Assembly (NCBI GenBank): GCA_963693365.1
Contig: CAVNZM010000009.1
Span: 8,847,408 to 8,911,407, forward strand
Direction: 5' to 3'
Source: Amoebidium appalachense
Taxonomy: Eukaryota > Protista > Ichthyosporea
DNA: 64,000 nucleotides
The position numbers and the translations under genes were made by a program. Position 1 is the stretch's first letter. Each line of letters starts with the position of its first letter. The notes under the pieces are model-generated. The model was given only the letters and a program-made list of their open reading frames with translations, ran no database searches and was not told the DNA's origin. Shown in pieces: positions 26,434-39,861 of this stretch.

Positions 26434-26773
26434 TCACTCACTATCGGACCTTTCATCTCGATAGCGACCTGCCGCCTTCCTCTTTGCGTTCCTGGGGGGG
26501 TTTGTGAGACCCACGGGGGGGTCTGTGTGGTGGTCACGAACTTTCACGGCCGTAGGAACCCCCTCCCGGCCACTGCGCATGTGGTGAGACATCTGCTGGG
26601 TCTCCATGCGGGGAAGGTAGCGGCGGCGGGCGTTGATGAACCAATAGTTGACCTGCAAAAGTTACCATATATAGTCAGCATGTAAACTTAAAGATATGAG
26701 ATGAAGAAAAAAAACGGATTGTAAACCTCGAGGAGAGCGGCCAAGGGCGGCGGGCGGGGCCCGGGGGGCCGCC

Positions 26774-26811
<38 letters not shown>

Positions 26812-27090
26812 GAGGGGGGTGAGAGGGGGGGGGGGGGGGGGGTATTTTCTCTCCCTCGCGTCCCCGCTCCCCCCCCCCCCCCCCTTTCCCCGGGCCTCTC
26901 CCGTCCCCCCCCCCCCCCCCCCCCCCCCCACCTAAAAAAACAAAAAAACAAAAAAAAATACTCTTCACCTCCCCCCCCCCCCCCCCCTTTCCTCTCCTCC
27001 CTCCCCCTCCCCCTCCCCCAAACAAACAAAAAAAAGTCGGAAATACTTCCTGTCTCGTTTTCTTTCTTTACTGCTTTCTTCCTTTTTTTT

Positions 27091-27121
<31 letters not shown>

Positions 27122-28789
27122 GGATTAAAATAGAACCAAGGGGAAAGATTAGAAGCCTAAATTTACTGCCGGATCCGAAAGCAAACCAGCGGGAAGGGGA
27201 GGGGGAGAAGGGGAGGTGGGGGCACAAAAGCAAAAAAGGAGGGAGAGTGGGAAGGGTGGATGATTGGGTGTGCCGTTGTTTGTTTGTTTTTTTTTGGGGG
27301 GGGGGGGAGGGGGAAGACAACGAAAACAAGAGGGAAAGACTATCAGTAAACACACCTGTTCAATAGTGAGGTGAGTCTTATCAGCCAGCACTTGCTTCTG
27401 GTCGGGTGTGGGGTAGGGATGGCCCGTGTGGCGACTGAGCCACTCCTTCAACACTTTGACTACCTCGGCCTTGAAAGAACTTCTTTTCCCTTCTGCTACC
27501 GCTTCCGGCGCCGTGTACGGTGTGTCAATAACGGGCTTGGGTTTTGGTTTGCGACCACGTTTACCCACCCCGCGCGTGGGAGGGGGAATATGTTTTTTGC
27601 CCCCCGGCCCGCGCGCCTTGTTGGATTGGTCGGCTGCGCGCTTCTGTTTCAGCGCTGTTGTGATCGCTTCCTTTGTCTTTTCCTCGATTTCCGGGCGTGC
27701 TTTTTCTATCTTTGCGCGTAGTTCGTTTGCACCGCGGGCGAAAAATTCGTGTGCCTCGTGTTCCTTGATAAGCCGGTCGCAATCACTCTTGATAGCGCCG
27801 ACGATTTCTCTGTTTGCTTGCATCGCGGTGGGCGTGTTGGGGGTTGCTCTGACTGCGGATTCTGAAAGAAGACGCGTGCAGTCAACCAGAAGAAAGATTT
27901 CCTTTTCGATAACCTCCTTCGTTTCCGTGTCCATACGTCCCGTCGTGTTCGTGTTTGCAAACGGGATTTTCGGTTTTTTCGTTGAACCAGGAGGACGGCC
28001 GCGCTTTGCACGCTTCACAGGGGGGCCAACAGGCGTAGTTTCTGTGTTCTCACGGGTAATGTTTTCGAATGTGAACGTCTTAGATGCCGTGTCGTATTCG
28101 GGGGTAGACGTCGTGCTTGTGGTCGGGGATGAATCTGCAAGGGTACGGAAAGCACCCATAACCGTGTTTGCGCGAACAAGCACAGGGAAAAGCGGGTGGT
28201 CCCGCACGGTGGCAGACGCGTGTTGCTGGTGCAGTTTTTCAGTCACCTCCTTCTGCGTGGAAAGAAAAATCTCACCCAATTTTCCGTGCACAGTGGGGGG
28301 TTTTGTGCAGTGTGCAACGAGTACTTTCATGTCCCCGTCCACAACCTCCCACGTTACAGGGACTGGGCCGTTGCAGTTTCCCTCCGGGTGCAAACTTTGC
28401 CCAACGTCAAGCCCACAATCACCAAACGCGAAGAAGTTGTTGTTGACGGAGGGAGGGGCACGATGCACCGTGGTTTGCATGCCGAGAAGAGGGGTTGTGT
28501 TCTGTGCTGAGTTTTGATAATAGGGGAGACCGTGCGGAACGCCCTCCAGCCCAGAGGGGCCGGCAGGGCCGGAGAGGGGGGAGCAGTTGGAGAATGTAGT
28601 GGGACTGAGAAGGTCCTCAAAATCTTCGTCGGTGGTGGTGCTTGCAATAGTGTTCCAGTCAAAACCCAACCCAGGGTCTGGAAAAAGAGGCGATTCTAGG
28701 GAGGGAGAAAGGGGATAGGCATTGTTCTGAGGGCTATCTACGAGCATGTGTTCAAGGTCTTGAAAGGTCAACATCTTGACGTTTTCCAT
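26434..28789 (-). CDS. TALE-class homeodomain transcription factor (MEIS/PKNOX/KNOX-like) with AT-hook-like motifs; exons 28789-27356, 26652-26434 (~550 aa)
   Basis: Homeodomain KRSSFKAEVVKVLKEWLSRHTGHPYPTPDQKQVLADKTHLTIEQ|VNYWFINARRRYL has the PYP loop and WFINARRR and is joined by a phase-0 GT-AG intron. Also VRDHPLFPVL (MEINOX-like) and KRGRPP. The start is taken at MENVKM (28789) and is uncertain. Confidence 0.9.
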
Positions 28790-29869
28790 CTTGTCTCTTG
28801 CTGTCTCGAGGATGTGAAAGGCTGTCAGCAAAAAGGTGGGACAAAGGGTGCGTAAAAAAAAAAAAAAGTGTAAAAGCGCGCAAGGAAAAAGGTGCTTTGA
28901 TTGGAGTGATACGCCAGCTAACTCAGGTGAAACGTTTTGACATGGGTTCTTCTTGTGTGTGCCTGGTTTTTTTGTGCGAGTGCACTCGTGTTGCGAACTG
29001 TAGAAACGAAATCCTGTTTGTTCGGGTTTAACAACTTCGCACCCATGTGAACAAAGTTGGCTCATCTTTTGGGACAGCTCGTGATCTTTATCCAATCGTA
29101 ATCTTTGCTGTTTAAATTTGATTGGCTTTAGTTTGCGGTGATACCACTTAAACGATCTTTGGCCAATCGGGCGCATGGATCTATTCCAAGGACTTGATGC
29201 CACCGTCTGTACATCAAAAGCAAAACACGCGCTTGCACACTAAGTCATGCAACTGATATCAAGAAGGTGGCTCATGAGCGAGAGATCACAGAGCTGTGGT
29301 GTCATGTGACAGAAATAAACCCATGCGCGTTGCGTAGGTGAAAGGCCATTCGAACGTGAGACAGGCGAGATACCTAGACCGCGTACGCGTGCCATGGAAT
29401 TGTCAGAAGATTCTACAAGCGTTGAGTGAAGAAAGAATAATGACTGAGGAAATGTAACGTATTAGCGATTCAATTTGGCGTATTTTCTGCGTGAATTACG
29501 GACGTGATAATTAATGGGGTCGTACAAGCTACGTAGCGTAAAGCTATTAGTGCGTATTGTTGGGGAGCTTTTGGGGCGCTAACTGATAGCGGACTGGCCC
29601 CCAGATGCACCAAGAGCAGATCTTGCGGCCAATTATGGCTTGCTTGTGTTATGGTCTGATGCCTGGAAATCCAGAATTCGATGACGGAGTACACGTGCGC
29701 CGCCGTGCTGTCTCAACTGATGGACCGTTAGCAGCAAGCCAGGTGCTGTGCCAAATTTAGAATTCGGACGGAACACCGTAAAAGTTCCATGCCTAAAAAG
29801 GAAATATCGATGTTTTTTTTTGACATCCATGCGCTACACCATGCTTATGTCCGACTGCACACAGAGTGC

Positions 29870-30161
29870 GAGAGAGGGAGAGAGGGCACGAGAGAGGGGG
29901 GGAGGAGGGAGGAAGAAAGAGAGGGAGGGAGAGGGCGGGAGGGAGGGCGGGAGGCGAGGGGATGGTCGGGGGGAGGGAGGGGATCCCGGCGGGAGAAAGC
30001 TTCGGGAGCTCGAGGGGGAGGGAGGGAAGGGAGGGAGGGAGGGAGGGAGGGAGGGAGGGAGGGAGGGAGGGAGAAGGGAGGGAGGGAGGGACTTAGGGTG
30101 GGGGGGGGGGGAGGGGGGGGGAGAAAGAGATGAAAGCTCGAGGGGGGAGGGGGGGGGGGGT

Positions 30162-30242
<81 letters not shown>

Positions 30243-30507
30243 AGGGGGAGAGAGGGGGGGGGGGGGGGGGAGGGGGGGGAGGGAGGGAAGGAGGGAGGGA
30301 GAGCGGGAGGGAGAGACTGATCGCAGGGAGGGCGGGAGGGAGGGAGGGAGGTAGGGGGAGGAGAGAGTGAGAGAGAAAGAGCGAGGGGAGGGGGGGGGGG
30401 AGGGAGGGGGTTAGCTTCCAAAAAGAGCGGGGCCGGAGGGAGGGGTGGGGGGGAGAAAGAGAGAGAGAGAGGGAGCGTTGGAAGGAAGGGAGAGGGGGGA
30501 GAGAGAC

Positions 30508-30571
<64 letters not shown>

Positions 30572-30690
30572 AGGGAGGGAGGGAGGGAGGGGGGAGGGAG
30601 GGAGGGAGAGGTGGGGGGGAGGGAGAGAGATAGGTACGGAGAGAGGGGTGAGGGAACAGAGAGAAAATATAAGAGAGAAAGCCAGAGGGC
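29870..30690. repeat. ~0.8 kb polypurine tract with (GA)n, (GGGA)n and G-runs upstream of the TALE gene
   Basis: Almost purely A/G on the + strand, with two long (GA)n arrays. Confidence 0.9.
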
Positions 30691-31243
30691 CCCTTTGTGG
30701 GTGGGGGTGGGGGGGGGCTGGAATCATAGTTTTTATTATGTGTCCTGTCTAAATTGGGAATAAATCAGCAAGCTGTTTAATAACGAAAAACGGGGAGCAG
30801 ACCGGCCTTGGGAGCGGACGTTTGGTGGATGGGGGAGAGGAGTTGGTGTGTGTGAGGACTGTGTGTGTGGGGGAGGTGAATGAGGTGGGGAAGGGAGGTG
30901 GGGGAGGATGGGGGGAGGGGGGAGGGGAGGGGGTGTCCGGAGGTCAAACTATTTTCTACGGATTCGATGACTTTGGTGAACCTGTACCATATATATGTGT
31001 ATATGCACACGACATTTTAAATTTCTCCGAAGACCCAAAAATTACTCGGTTTACCGGAACTCCGGAGATCTCTGGCTAATGGTACAATGAGAAAAGGCCA
31101 CACTTCCGACGGGTTCATTCCATCTCCAATACATTCCACTGTTGAAGTGTCCAAGAAATCCAAAAATTTCACATGTCAAGTAGTACGTACCGTAAGTGCA
31201 CCACAAATAACCCATAATAAGGCATGACATTAATATCTCACCT

Positions 31244-31275
<32 letters not shown>

Positions 31276-32326
31276 TTTTCAAGAAGAAAAAGAAGAAGAA
31301 GAAGAAGAAGAAGAAGAAGAAAAAGAAGAAGGAGAAGAGGAAGAAGAAGAAGAAAAGAAACTTACCCCATCGTCCCTATCTGTCTCGCTCTAGTAATGCT
31401 CTGGTCTTAAACCCCGAGCCGTTCGCCCGGAGGCCAAAATCGACCAGTTTTGAAAAATAGAAAAAAATCATTAAAGGCAGACAAAGTGGACAAAAATGCA
31501 CCAAGCACATGCCCATATGTCTTTCTTTGTGTCCCATAAAAAAAAAGGCGTGTTCCTATGTGTCCGCACGTGTTATGAACACGTGATTTGTGTCGATTTT
31601 GCCAACCGCGGCGGGGTTTCTTTCAAGACAACTAGTTACGTGATACAAATCCCCGTAAGATCTCAGCAAATCGGATCATGTGAATGCACTTACTAAAGTC
31701 AGCCGATCGCTTCCAGGGTTCGAATCCGTGAATCCCGGTGCCGCCAGCGTTTGAAAATTGGGGGGCCGCTCGCCGAAAATAATGACACAGTTAGGCAGAA
31801 CACCCACGAGAAACAGAAAAACTAGTCGACCCCGGTGTTTTTGGTGTATTTCGAAAGTAGAAAACAACGATACAAGGTCCCATATACCGCCGCCAAGTTT
31901 TTTAGCATTTTTTTTGCAGAATTGCACCAGAATCCTTTGTATCCGTTATCCCGTTAAATACCACTGATTGAAGAGCCGCATCTATTTTTGCAATTTATCC
32001 AGTGTTACCTTATTAATTATCATAAATCCTTTGTCATGTCTCGGTGACAGATCTAGGAGCCGAAGGAGAATTCGGTGCGTAACCCCCTAGAGCTTACGGT
32101 AATAAAGTTATCTCTCATATATCGCAGGTTTTTCCATTGAATCAAATCGAATTGATCACATCTATGGGGTTTACACACTTTTTATTGCGTGGACATTGCC
32201 GGAGGCCCAGCCACATTCGACGGCCTACTGCGTTTTCCAGCACAGCCAATCAAATGCAGCCAGTGACATATGTACATGCTAGGCAACAATGAGCGCCATC
32301 GTAGGATCTGACACCCCTATTACATA

Positions 32327-33400
32327 TTATGGGTAAGCAGATGCTAGCATCGGTAGCTCCGACAGAAAGTTAAGGCACCGGATCACAATATCATACTGTG
32401 CAGCATTAATAAGGTGATCTAGGATAGTCATCTTAAAACGGATATATTGAGGAAGAGATGAAGAAAAGAGAATAAAACCGCCAATAACCTCCGGTTCTAA
32501 TACATTAGCTAACAGGTTGCATTTATTGATAGATATGCAGCCGCGAGTAAACCGCCCCCCACACATATTACACATACGAGCAGGAGACACCAGAAACCGA
32601 TTACACCGCCAAGCCATAATCATCTTTGCGTTTTTACACCACACCACATTACGAATAAACGAATCTATGTATGAACGAGACTCTCTAACCGTATCCGCCA
32701 TATAGGCTACTAGTAGTTGGTGTTTGTGCGGTCCTAACACCGGAAGGGACTCAACACGTAGAGTAAAAAGATATCTATCAGCCATAGACTTGAAACTATT
32801 CATATTCACACTATGATCTAGCCGTACCTCCGGGGGGGGTCGCCAGCCATTCCACATAGCGCTCGGCAATGGGCAGAGACGATGGGGAAGGGAAGAGGTA
32901 CAGGGGCGAATCCGGCGGGGATGCGTGTAGCCGGAAGAGCGGGTGGTCCGGGGCACAAGCGGACAGGCGGGTGATGTGCTCGTGAAATTTAAGGGCTAAT
33001 TCGTGTACGCGTTGTGATGGTGGTGTGAGTGCGTAGAGAGAATCAAAAAGGCGTCTAGGGATAGGTGTGGAAAGACCAGTGAGAAACATACAACAAGTTG
33101 TGTAATGGAAATCATCTAATGATTTGAGGACATTAGTAACAGTATCAGGGGGTGCCATAGCTAGTAAGGGCAACCCGTATTCCGACAAAGGGCGAATATA
33201 TGTGCGAAATATACTAAGACGATTGTATAGGTGGACAGTATGAGAAAGAGAAGCAAGATACACATCCCGAAATAACCGAAGACACCTGCCTGCACTCTCC
33301 ACCCGACGGTCGATCATCCGTTTGAAACATATGCCCCATTCGTCCACCGGAATCCCCAAATACTTGTATTCGATTGGGCGAGGGAGGGGACTGCCGAAAA
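32327..33400 (-). mobile_element. 5'-truncated non-LTR retrotransposon (LINE) 3' fragment, frameshifted
   Basis: EYKYLGIP (end of RT domain), IFRTYIRPLSEYGLPLL thumb motif, and C-terminal Cys cluster CNMC. Confidence 0.8.
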
Positions 33401-33426
33401 TACAAACGTCGTCCCATGCCTATCAT

Positions 33427-34245
<819 letters not shown>

Positions 34246-36115
34246 TTTTTTTTTCTTTTTTTTTTTCTTCTTTTGACTGGATTTATTCGACGGAAAGATA
34301 TGCAAGTATGCACGGCATACTGAGAAGACAATAAAAACTTCACGAGTTATCCAGTAACAAGTGCATACTGAGATACCTGAACACACAGTGTGTGAAAATC
34401 ATATAAATACTCAATGTGACGACCAACAGAATTCAACAAAAAGTCTAAAGTGTTCACATTGCCAGCTAGTGTAGCAGATACCCGTAGGGAAAGAGGTAAA
34501 ACGCGACATAAAAACTCACACCTATCAACATGCTTGCGATTAGAAAGGTCAGCACAAAAGTGGCACCAGCGGCGATGAAAACAAGAATTACAGCGCCACT
34601 GCACAACTTCCCAGACAATATCAACATCAGAGCACCATACAGATTTATCTACTAGGGTGGTATCCATACGTACAGCAGGAGAAATGTATCCTGCCAAAGC
34701 TCCCAAAAAGCGATAATGATCAGTACGGTGTTGCCTAAGGAACATAACACATGCCGACTGAGTTTACCTTTGATTTCTCTATCAGAACGAGAAAGAAACT
34801 TATACTGCGTATGGTAATAACGCGAAAAGGCAGAAAAAACAGGAAGAGAAAAGAAAGAGGGAGTGACTCGGAGATAGCGAGAGGAAGAATCAGGTGGAAA
34901 GAGGGTAGGCTGAGGACATTCAGAAGTAGCGTTGGTGAATCGGGGGGGAAGAGGGATGGAGGGAGAAGGGGAAAGAAAGCATAAAGAGGGTGACCATCAG
35001 GTAGCCTAACTAAATGAAAACAAAAACGAAGAGACAATTCCTCCATACGACAAACAGCAGACGACAATCCAAACATACTGATTAAGGGAGGCACAAACCG
35101 AGTACGAAACAAGGTGCGCAGCGCAGTACCCTGAAAATCGTCGAACTCGTTCAGCGCCATTGCCGCCTCGCGAGGTGGGGCGCAGGCTAATAGCGGAAGT
35201 CCATATTCGAAAGTCGGCCGTAAAAAAGTTTTATAGTAGAGAAGAAGGTTCGCAGGATGGATCACAGACTCCTGTTGAAACATATTTGACACGATGTGAA
35301 GCTTACCCTTCGCACGAGCGATCCGTGCCGTGAGGAGCTTGCGGAAATCAATACCCCGTGCAGTGAAGGAATACCCAAATAGTCATAGGTGCTCTGAACA
35401 GGAATAGGAACACCGGCCAATCGAAAGGAAGTGTTCTTCGATAAAATAGCACACTTTGCAATTCCGACTGTCATTGAGATTCTCGGTGCACCATTGATCC
35501 ACCTGACGAAGCATCTGGTGCATGACATCTTCGGTTAACTTAAAGGAACAAAGAACAATATCGTCCGCAAAAAGGAGACCCGGTACACGGCGGGTATGCA
35601 GAGTGGCCAAAGGGTTCGAGGGCGCAGGCTAAATCGTCAATGAAAACGTCAAACAACAACGGACTCAGGAGGGACCCCTGCAGAAGACCCCGGGAACGGG
35701 AAAAACCGGGTGTTAATGTCCCATTGACCGCCGCTCGTCCGTGAGTGGTATCGAACAACGCTTGCAGAAGACGGCCAAAGGGGGCTGGTAAGCCCCGCAT
35801 AGCCAGCTTATGCCATAACAAACCAGTGGGTACGGTGTCGTAGGCGTTCTTAAGGTCGATGAAGACAATGTGTGGAGAGCCAGAAGTAATGGATTCATGG
35901 AGTAACAGACTGTGAGTATAACACGAATAGGCATGACGAAAGCCCCCTTGAAGGGAAGAAAGACGGAACACGGCGTTTAAAGAATCGTGGGTGTTAAACG
36001 CGCGAAGCATGCAACCCTCGAAGAGGACGAAAAACGTTGGTAAGTGTGACGGGACGAAAGTCGTTAATGACCCCCTGCGATACCTTCTTACGAACGGACG
36101 TAACGATTGTGTCAA
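34246..36115 (-). mobile_element. Non-LTR retrotransposon (LINE) with degenerate reverse transcriptase and A-rich tail
   Basis: RT motifs QGGFR, FIDLKNAYDTV, GLLQGSLLSPLLF, LLFADD, YDYLGIP and YYKTFLRPTFEYGL across several frameshifts. C-terminal CHFC..HVDRC. A-rich tail on the minus strand at ~34246-34274. Confidence 0.92.
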
Positions 36116-36537
36116 GCCACGAATTGAATAAACCCGAGTTCGAAAAAAGCCGCATGGCGCATGAGTCGTACAGGATCAGGGTGTGAAATATTGATTATTA
36201 GTACAATATGAGCATGTATAACATGTTGTTCAAAGCCTTTTGCCCCACTGCTTCAGTCTTAGTATGAGTGTTATTATTACCCTTCTCGAAATTCTTCGGC
36301 CCTCATATTTACAGCCATTATTCATAATTTCTAACGTAATACAAAAATATATATGGTTACTTCTCGCGGCGCGGGTTCACGGCCGTGGTTCAACTGGAAG
36401 ACGCCGGAAAAAAGTTCCGAACCCTGAATTATATGTAGCTGCCTCTACGGAGCCTCTACCTACTGGCGATCAGCAGTGCCGGACAGGTCGGGTCAACGTA
36501 ATATGTGAACTTGAAACTGTATCCTTTGTTTTCAGAG

Positions 36538-36797
36538 TTGCTATAATAGGGCACAATACTGCAATATGTACGTATTTTATTGATGTCCATTTCAAAGGCT
36601 TCGAGTGCCACGTCTGCCCCGCCAAAGGCGGGGCTGTATCCCACTACTTGCTAGTATATATATTATCTTGCTATAATAGGGCACAATACTGCAATATGTA
36701 CGTATTTTATTGATGTCCATTTCAAAGGCTTCTTGTGCCACGTCTGCCCCGCCAAAGGCGGGGCTGTATCCCACTACTTGCTAGTATGTATATTATC
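36538..36797. repeat. 130-bp direct tandem duplication (36538-36667, 36668-36797)
   Basis: Two near-identical units, each starting ttgctataatagggcacaatac. Confidence 0.93.
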
Positions 36798-37335
36798 TAT
36801 ATATATAATGCGTTGTTTGCCGGACCTCAAATCCGGAATTTGGAGGGGACCTAAGGCCATTTTGTGAGGCATCAAAAACCATCGAAACGTTGCTTAGTTG
36901 TTTTTATGACTTCAAAATCGCTAAATATTCTTGAGATACTAATGAAGAAGCCTAAAATAACTATATATTTGATAATGAGAAAATTGAAATATAGTGCCCT
37001 AAAGTTGGGCCCGAGAGGATGTACGTACTCGGGGCTTTGAAATAAAAAGAAAAAAACCAGCGGTTTCGGAGTCTACTGTGAACACGCTGGGCTGAATGAC
37101 GGCAGAGATCAGGTGATTCCCGTATCAAAACGGTTTTTGTTTCTAACCCAGAATGGAACGCACTTTTTTTTAGAGAAATTCGGCGACATTTTTTTTTACA
37201 AAGTACTATATCATCGGTACAACGACATTTTGAAAATTTTAATGTAATAGAACTACCAATCCAATCACAAAAACCTCAAAGGTCTGCTAACACCAGTTTA
37301 GGGGGACACGGGAATGAGGACGTTAAATTCTATAT

Positions 37336-37410
<75 letters not shown>

Positions 37411-38328
37411 GGCCTGTGGCACACACACACACACACACACACAAACACATGTACACTTTAATGTTTTAATAGCTATAGGCAGAGAGTTTTTGAAAAAAAA
37501 AAGAGTAAGAAACACAACTAAATCAACTCAGTAATGTGAATATGACATATAGGGCGAGTGTACTAGAAGGGTTTGTGGCTGATAATGATTATTTTTTTAC
37601 ACTAGAGCTAGGGTGATTCAAGCTGGGCGGGGGGGGGGAATACATAGTGTGCTACCGCCGCCACTGCCCAGGGTCCCCCGTGGGAGGGGGGCAAGAAAGG
37701 GGAGGGGGGGGGGGGGGGGGAGGGGGGAGGGGGGGGGGAGAGGGGGGGGGGGGGAGGGGGGGGGGGGGGTAAATGAAAGGGAAAAGGGTCATAACATTTG
37801 GCAGATCCGGCAACTGCAGGATTGGGGGGGGGGGGAGGGGGGGGGGGAGGGGGGAGCGTGAGGCGGGGGGGCCGAGGGGGGGGGGGGGGGGGAGCGTGAG
37901 GCGGGGGGGCCAGGGAGGGGGGGGGGGGGCCGGGGGGGAAAGGGGAGGGAGGTAACAACCACACAACCCAACATCAATAACTGTCTCGTTATGTTTTGGC
38001 GCCGGCGACAGCCGGCGCACAGACCTACTTGTATACACTACTAGTAAGTTAGGCAGAAATTCCTAGCGCCATGACTAATCACTAATAACCCCTAGGTGTT
38101 CGCCGATGCGACCTTCGAAAATAAATAGCGCCTGCGCGTGATATTTATTAACCTCGGATAATGGTTTCAAGCACCTCTGCTCACTCAAGTGCACACAGCC
38201 TATATATGTTCACGTCTAATGCTTTTAGATCTTAGGAAAATTTTCCTGCATATGCACGACGTACGGCCATCTTTTGGGGGTGCCCCACACGGTCTCACCC
38301 ACACTGTCTGATAACCGATGCTGCCCCC

Positions 38329-38359
<31 letters not shown>

Positions 38360-38554
38360 AAAAAAAAAAAAAGAAAAAAAGAACCCCCCCCCCCCCCCCC
38401 CCCCCTCTCCCCCCCCCCCCCCCCACCTCTCACCTTAGCTCATGCGCCTAAAACCACAACAAAGATAACACCTCCTAATTTGCATATAGTCACATTCACT
38501 CACACACAGAGCCCAAGGTTATATTCTTTTTTTCGCTTTATAAATTTATTTTAC

Positions 38555-39010
<456 letters not shown>

Positions 39011-39559
39011 TGCCAGCGTGCTTGCAGGGCCGTGTTTGCATGTATGCATGTTTCGATGTGTGTGCCCGGTGCGTGTGTGGATTTATTTGTGGCACGCTGT
39101 GACGCCTTCACGCCGCGTGTGTCCGTATGCGTTACCACGGGTGTGCGGCTGTGTGTGCGTGCACGTGGGCAGTCACACAGCCTGCACTTGCCACCAATCA
39201 GGCCAGTATGCCGACGGGGAGTGCATATGTGTGTTTGCGATGGTGTTTAGGCTGGTTAGGCCCCCGGCGGAAGGATGGGTGGTTGGGTGGGTGGTGGGGA
39301 GGGGGGAGGGGAGGGGGGGGGGGGGGGGGGGGGGGGTACGTGTGATCATAACCATGCAATGGTGATGGGGTGCCGGACATGGTGAAGGGAAATTAAAGAT
39401 CTAGAGTGGTCATAGCAGGTAAACGCAACACCATAATAATTCTCTGGCGAATAAATACTTTAGAGTATCTCAAATGCAACACTATGCGCACATGTGAAAA
39501 AACACGTGCAGACACACACACGTTATCGGTGACACCATTTTTTCGAATTTGGCGTGAAG

Positions 39560-39652
39560 CTGATTGGCTTAGCGGTTGGAGCCAAAGCGTCAACAAACAT
39601 CATCAAGCATTTGATTGGCTAATCTGCAGAATGATGCGCTCCGAGCCAATCG
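39560..39652 (+). promoter_or_regulatory. Cluster of CCAAT (NF-Y-like) boxes upstream of NADSYN1
   Basis: ctgattggct, tgattggcta and agccaatcgg lie within 95 bp, about 210-300 bp before the ATG. Function is inferred. Confidence 0.45.
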
Positions 39653-39861
39653 GAATGCCCAACACAACATTTTTTCCTTGTGCAGCCTTGCGGGAGTTCA
39701 AAAACGAAAAAAAAAAAGGAAAGGGCGAAGGGATGCAAAGCTTTCACCACAGCGGTTACAGTTCTTCTCTGTGTTTCCTTGTTTTCTTTGGTTCTCCTAC
39801 CCATTTTCTCCTACGTCTTTTTGTTTAAGAGTTTTCGAGGTGTGTCATTGCTACCGGCAGA

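Noticed and set aside
27149-29203. 684-aa single-exon ORF as the TALE protein
   Set aside because: It starts at a GTG in promoter/UTR-like sequence and runs into the intron after EQ; the homeodomain is completed only by exon 26652-26434.
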